Position numbers and translations under genes: made by a program. DNA of 64,000 nucleotides from Candidatus Micrarchaeota archaeon (lineage in GTDB: Archaea; Micrarchaeota; Micrarchaeia; Anstonellales; Bilamarchaeaceae): positions 88,903-152,902 of the forward strand of contig CAZKHX010000002.1 in NCBI GenBank assembly GCA_964552755.1, read 5' to 3'. This document shows, in pieces, positions 59,542 through 64,000 of this stretch. Below the pieces are notes generated by a model. It was not told where the DNA came from. It saw only the letters and a program-made list of their open reading frames with translations, and searched no databases. How positions within the stretch are numbered: position 1 is the first letter of the stretch; every line of letters starts with the position of its first letter.

Positions 59542-61098
59542 ATGGAAACACATTCACGCGCAATTTCCCACAGCGCGCATTCTGCAGAAAGGAAGAGGGC
59601 CGATAGGAACAAGGGCTTTGTGCTCAAGGCATGGAAGGCCGCAAAGGATGCAATCGAAAAGGCAATCGAAGCGACCACTCCCACTGGCCTCAAGAAGGCG
59701 GCAGTTGCCGCAGGCATGGTGGTTGCGCTCGGAGGAGGGATGGCCGCGTGCAGTTCCGAGAGCCCCAACCATGACACCAATACCGATTCAGACACCGATG
59801 CGGAAGTCACCGACGGCGAAACCGACGGAGACGCGCTCCCAGACATAATTGAAGACCCTGTTGATGATGAGATTGAAGATGGGGATGCGGACGAAGACGG
59901 AGAGGTAATCCCGCCGGTCTGCCCGGAGCAGGAAGGCCCGCTCGAGCTTGTCTTCAACACGGACAACGCGGGCACCGCCCGCACAGTAGTTACCTTTGAA
60001 GGCCCCGATGGCGAGGAAGTCACCGCGGACGCCGAGCTTACCGTCAGCATGGAAGGCGACATTTCCGGCCTCACCTACATCGGCACCTGCGACGACGGAG
60101 AAACTCCCGTCTACCTTGCGTCCCCTGACGATTCCCTTGAATTTGAGCCCCAGATTGTTTCCGAAGTGGGCGACCTTGGAGATGCCGGCTGGGACGCAAC
60201 AATCCCCGAAGGCGAATGCGAGCCGCTCGAGTCAGATGCCACTACCCTCAGGACAAGCGGGAGCACCACGAAGCCGATTGCGAAGAACGCAACCTCGGTG
60301 GACGGGGCAACCCGCGCGCTTTTCGAGCTCATGCCCGACCTCAGTACCTACGGCCTCTACGTAGACGGGGTTGAGACATCGGGCGCATTCTCCCTTGCAA
60401 GCGCCGGCTTCTCCGGCCACGCAGTGGTTGCGCAGATTGGCGAGAGCGAATGGACGCTAGGCGTGACTACCTTCTTCAGCGGCGGCAGCAACGAATACGC
60501 TTACACCGGCACGATGCCTGCGGCCAGCTCTAAGACGTTCGTAATATACTCTATGCTGCCCGAAGCAGTAATTGTATATCCCACCACCATATATTCTCCT
60601 GCACTGGAATATCACTTCTTCAGGTGCGGCCCCGGCACCCCGGGAGGCAGCCTCGACACATTCGAGATGGTGTTCGAAGTACTGCCCACCTCATGTATGA
60701 TTGAAGATGGATGTGGCTGTGCCGGGGACGGCGTAGTTCCGGTCGTAGACAACGCCTCTTTGGACATACGCCCGCCCCACCTCGCAGGCTTCTACAGCAT
60801 CTCTGGAATCACAATTGTTCCGGTGAGTTCAATGGGCGCAAGGGACCCCACTACTGGTGAAATGGTGCCTGGCCAGATAATCCTGTCCATACTGCGCACC
60901 AATGTTGACCCCGGCTACGATGAAGGGGAAGAGACAGATATAGATGCCACAGTCAATTACCACACTGTGGGGCAATATTCTTCTTACATCGGCCCTTCAG
61001 GGATATTATACGGCACCGTCAGGGATGCGGAGACCCGCGCCCCGGCATCTCCGAGCTATGAGAGTGACGCGCCCGCAGGCTGCGTGCTCGACATGTGA
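59542..61098 (+). CDS. Secreted/lipoprotein-like protein with D/E-rich linker, unknown family
   Basis: Start set at ATG 59542, 24-32 nt downstream of CTATAAATA (59510-59518). TM/lipobox-like AAGMVVALGGGMAAC, then DTNTDSDTDAEVTDGETDGD..., then a Cys-containing beta-rich domain. Confidence 0.55.
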   Translation: METHSRAISHSAHSAERKRADRNKGFVLKAWKAAKDAIEKAIEATTPTGLKKAAVAAGMVVALGGGMAACSSESPNHDTNTDSDTDAEVTDGETDGDALPDIIEDPVDDEIEDGDADEDGEVIPPVCPEQEGPLELVFNTDNAGTARTVVTFEGPDGEEVTADAELTVSMEGDISGLTYIGTCDDGETPVYLASPDDSLEFEPQIVSEVGDLGDAGWDATIPEGECEPLESDATTLRTSGSTTKPIAKNATSVDGATRALFELMPDLSTYGLYVDGVETSGAFSLASAGFSGHAVVAQIGESEWTLGVTTFFSGGSNEYAYTGTMPAASSKTFVIYSMLPEAVIVYPTTIYSPALEYHFFRCGPGTPGGSLDTFEMVFEVLPTSCMIEDGCGCAGDGVVPVVDNASLDIRPPHLAGFYSISGITIVPVSSMGARDPTTGEMVPGQIILSILRTNVDPGYDEGEETDIDATVNYHTVGQYSSYIGPSGILYGTVRDAETRAPASPSYESDAPAGCVLDM

Positions 61099-61160
61099 GC
61101 CGGAATCCCGCGCCGGGGGCCTCTCGGAACCTTTTTAATGCTTATTTTAGAATAAGCGCC

Positions 61161-64000
61161 ATGAAGTTTAGGGTATTGCTCCCTGCATTGGTATTGCTGT
61201 TCCTGCTCCCGGCGGCAAGCGCCGCGTGCCAGACGCTCCTTTCGAATACCAACACCCTGCTTGCCGCAGACGAATACGGCAATAAGTCCGACGAAGCCTG
61301 CTTCACAATAAAGGACGTAAATGATGTGGTGCTGGACTGCAACAGCTTCAGCATAATCGGCTGGGGCATGGGCAAGGCAGTCCTCATTGAAAACTCCACC
61401 AACGTCCTAATACGGAACTGCAACGTACAGAATTACTCTTATGGCGCGCATATATTAGATGGGGCAGGCAACGCCACCGTAACTGGCACCAACTTCTCCA
61501 ACAATACCTTTGCCGCCTATATTGAAGACAACTGCTGGGGCAACTACATCCTCAACGCGAATTCATACAACGCCACCAACCAGGCCTTCGTAATCGAGTC
61601 CAACTCTTCCTACAACGTGATTGACAACTGCGTTGCGGAGCTCAACGGCAACGATGGCTTTGTTATCGGAGTAGACACCCCTGTTTCCTCCTACAATAAC
61701 ATAACCAACGCGTTTGCGAACAACAGCGGAAGGAGGAACTTCTACCTCAATTATTACCATTCACAGACCCTGCTGCAGAATACCTATGGTGAAAACGCAG
61801 GGGAATACGGATATTACATTCGCTTGGGGGACAATGCAACATTCGTGAACGGCACCTCAGTTGACAGCGGCTATGCGGAGTACTACCTTCGTCAAACCGC
61901 GGACAATGTGCTACTTGAGCAGTACGCATACGACAGCAACGTGAGCTTCTGGCTGGACAGGTCAGATTATAACCTCGTCGGCAATTCCTTCTCGCATGCA
62001 AGCATGGAGCACGGCTTCTACATAGACGATGCGGACAACAATACCATAGAGAACTGCACCGCCCGCCACCAGGTGCCCGGCTTCGGCCAGTTCAGCGGCT
62101 TCTTCGTGGACGACAGCTGGGACGACACGCTCTTCAACTGCACCGCGTTCAACTACACGCGCGCGGGCATCACCCTCTACGCTTCCGCAGTGGGCCAGAC
62201 AAGGGCGATCAACGTTTCTGATTCCGTCGCGTACAACAACACCTACGGGTTCGAGACCCTGCTGGTGCGCACCGCCGTCATCCAGTACAGCGATTCATAC
62301 TCCAATACGCTCGACGGGTTCTATTTCAACACCAGCGGGAACACGGTGTGGGGCATCGAATGCGACGCCTACGACAATTCCCGCGACGGCTACAGGCTCC
62401 ACTCCTCTTCGATAATCAACCTGACCGGCTGCGAGGCGTACAACAACAGCGGGGACGGCGTAGGATTCCTCAGCGGCGGAGTCAACCTCTTCGCTTACGG
62501 CGAGTCCTATGGGAACCAGGGCAATGGGGTGCATTCCTCCGGCCCCTCCACCGGGAACTTCGTCACCTTCAGCGAAATCTACGACAACATCCAGCACGGA
62601 ATTTACGTTGAGGACGGCTGCAACCTGCACGCCATGCGCTTCGACAACATTTCAGGCAACGGCGGCTGGGGCTTCTACTCCAAGAATGCCAACATACACA
62701 TATTCATAAACTCCAGCATCTTCGACAACATCGGGGGCGGCTTCCTGTTCGCAAGCTCGGACTCCGGAGCATACGGCGACCTTGAGTTCTACAACAACAG
62801 CGAAGGGGGCAACTACAGCATCTGGATGAGCTCCGGCTCCAACAGCAACGTTTTCGTAGACGTCCTCATAGTGAACGACAGCAACTACATCTACCAGCAG
62901 CCCACCGCGCCGAGCGAAAACAACTTCACCGGCCTCACAATCGGCTACAACTTCAGCATCGGCCTCGTGAAATGGGGCTTCATGAACATCACCGAGCTCG
63001 CCCTGAATTCCTCGAACTTCATCCCCTACTGGGACTTCGTTTCATTGGATGACGCGCAGAACCCGCAGGCGAACAGGTCCGCGAACATCACGATATGGAG
63101 CCCATACTGCTCCCCCACCCCCAGCGTGTGGTACGCCACGGGCTTCCCGCAGAGCAGGGCCGCGATATTCGCAGCAAACATGCTCTACCCCGGCGCAAAC
63201 GTCTATTCCTGCTCCAACAACATAGTCACATTCGACGTGCTGTCCTTCTCGGGCTACGCCGTGAACGTGACCTTCGATGAATGCTTCTATGCGAATGACG
63301 ACGACACGCTCTACATGCTCACGGGCAACCTGGAGGGCAACAAGTCCGACCAGATATGCATCACCATAAATGCCTCCAACATAATGATAGACTGCTCCGG
63401 CTTTAACGTCACGGGCAACCACTCCGGCATCACGGGAGGGATTTCAACTTACGTCACCAGCGGCGTCGAGAACGTGACTGTGGCGAACTGCTTCGTGAGC
63501 AACTACACAGTTGACGCATTTTTTGACCTTGCAACCAACGTGACAATCTACAACAACACGATGTACAATTCCACCAACGCCATTAGGTTCGTCAGCGGCA
63601 TCAGGCACAGCCGCATAGTGGACAACGTCGTGCACGACACCAGCGACTGGGGCATCCGCATAGACCAGGCCAATTACACCAACGTCACGGGCAATTTCGC
63701 GTACAACAACACGGGCACGTGCGCAATCGGCACTTCTGCCAGCGCCCTCTCCTCCAACTACATGCTCTTCGAGGACAACATTGTGCTGGACAACACCCTT
63801 GGCATGTGCGCCCTCATAGCCCACAACAGCACGTTCTACAATAACACCGTGCGCAACAACACCGACGGCTTCGTCGCCTTCGCCGCATGGGACAACGACT
63901 TTGAGTATAACCGCATATACGACAACACCGCAAGCGGACTGATTGTTGCCGTTTTCTCCCAGTACAACGAATTCACGGACAACGAGATTTACAATAACTT
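61161..64000 (+). CDS. Very large secreted parallel beta-helix (PbH1/NosD-like repeat) surface protein, 5' part (runs off window end)
   Basis: Manual translation from ATG 61161 is open to 64000 (over 946 codons). Signal peptide MKFRVLLPALVLLFLLPAASA. It has many repeats of about 22 aa of the type N-x-I-x-x-N-x-x-x-x-N-x-x-G-I and about 50 N-x-S/T sequons. It is absent from the ORF track because there is no stop in the window. Confidence 0.75.
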   Translation, partial: MKFRVLLPALVLLFLLPAASAACQTLLSNTNTLLAADEYGNKSDEACFTIKDVNDVVLDCNSFSIIGWGMGKAVLIENSTNVLIRNCNVQNYSYGAHILDGAGNATVTGTNFSNNTFAAYIEDNCWGNYILNANSYNATNQAFVIESNSSYNVIDNCVAELNGNDGFVIGVDTPVSSYNNITNAFANNSGRRNFYLNYYHSQTLLQNTYGENAGEYGYYIRLGDNATFVNGTSVDSGYAEYYLRQTADNVLLEQYAYDSNVSFWLDRSDYNLVGNSFSHASMEHGFYIDDADNNTIENCTARHQVPGFGQFSGFFVDDSWDDTLFNCTAFNYTRAGITLYASAVGQTRAINVSDSVAYNNTYGFETLLVRTAVIQYSDSYSNTLDGFYFNTSGNTVWGIECDAYDNSRDGYRLHSSSIINLTGCEAYNNSGDGVGFLSGGVNLFAYGESYGNQGNGVHSSGPSTGNFVTFSEIYDNIQHGIYVEDGCNLHAMRFDNISGNGGWGFYSKNANIHIFINSSIFDNIGGGFLFASSDSGAYGDLEFYNNSEGGNYSIWMSSGSNSNVFVDVLIVNDSNYIYQQPTAPSENNFTGLTIGYNFSIGLVKWGFMNITELALNSSNFIPYWDFVSLDDAQNPQANRSANITIWSPYCSPTPSVWYATGFPQSRAAIFAANMLYPGANVYSCSNNIVTFDVLSFSGYAVNVTFDECFYANDDDTLYMLTGNLEGNKSDQICITINASNIMIDCSGFNVTGNHSGITGGISTYVTSGVENVTVANCFVSNYTVDAFFDLATNVTIYNNTMYNSTNAIRFVSGIRHSRIVDNVVHDTSDWGIRIDQANYTNVTGNFAYNNTGTCAIGTSASALSSNYMLFEDNIVLDNTLGMCALIAHNSTFYNNTVRNNTDGFVAFAAWDNDFEYNRIYDNTASGLIVAVFSQYNEFTDNEIYNN

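Noticed and set aside
59046-60074. 342-aa minus-strand ORF spanning carS and the next gene
   Set aside because: It crosses an AT-rich promoter region and overlaps two better-supported genes. It has S/A/R-rich shadow composition.

Overview
GC-rich archaeal chromosomal segment (GC not computed) with dense coding, about 57 protein genes. By eye I found no rRNA, tRNA, CRISPR array, IS element or integrase. Archaeal origin is supported by MCM, ribosomal protein S8e, archaeal-type LeuRS, CDP-archaeol synthase, a class III signal-peptide pilin, Lrp/AsnC regulators, a Cgi121-like protein, archaeal ApgM and a form III-like RuBisCO. Housekeeping genes (metG, leuS, trm5, speD, alaX, mcm, rps8e, carS, apgM, Rnl3-type RNA ligase plus its PIN partner) alternate with accessory blocks. 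Four blocks stand out. (1) 49.2-56.0 kb: six tandem, translationally coupled, paralogous polytopic membrane proteins that share motifs I cannot assign to any characterised family. This is my best candidate for an undescribed system. (2) 0.67-4.7 kb: a HerA-like ATPase followed by a 793-aa protein whose N-terminal half looks like a catalytically intact class III nucleotidyl cyclase. (3) 22.3-31.5 kb: a type IV pilus/Tad-like locus with a split platform protein and unusual winged-helix, coiled-coil and E/P/K-rich accessory proteins. (4) 59.5-64.0 kb: a surface-protein block ending in a very large sequon-rich beta-helix protein that runs off the window. Other content is a PadR-controlled MacB-like ABC operon with a COG1361-type surface protein, an oxidative-stress cluster (desulfoferrodoxin, DPS-like ferritin, Lrp, cupredoxin) and some intergenic hairpins. 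Several start codons were moved from the ORF track to downstream ATGs that have a TATA box 24-32 nt upstream (leaderless) or a GGTG/GGAG Shine-Dalgarno. Many long track ORFs are antisense shadows typical of GC-rich DNA. All family assignments rest on motif recognition by eye, with no database search.
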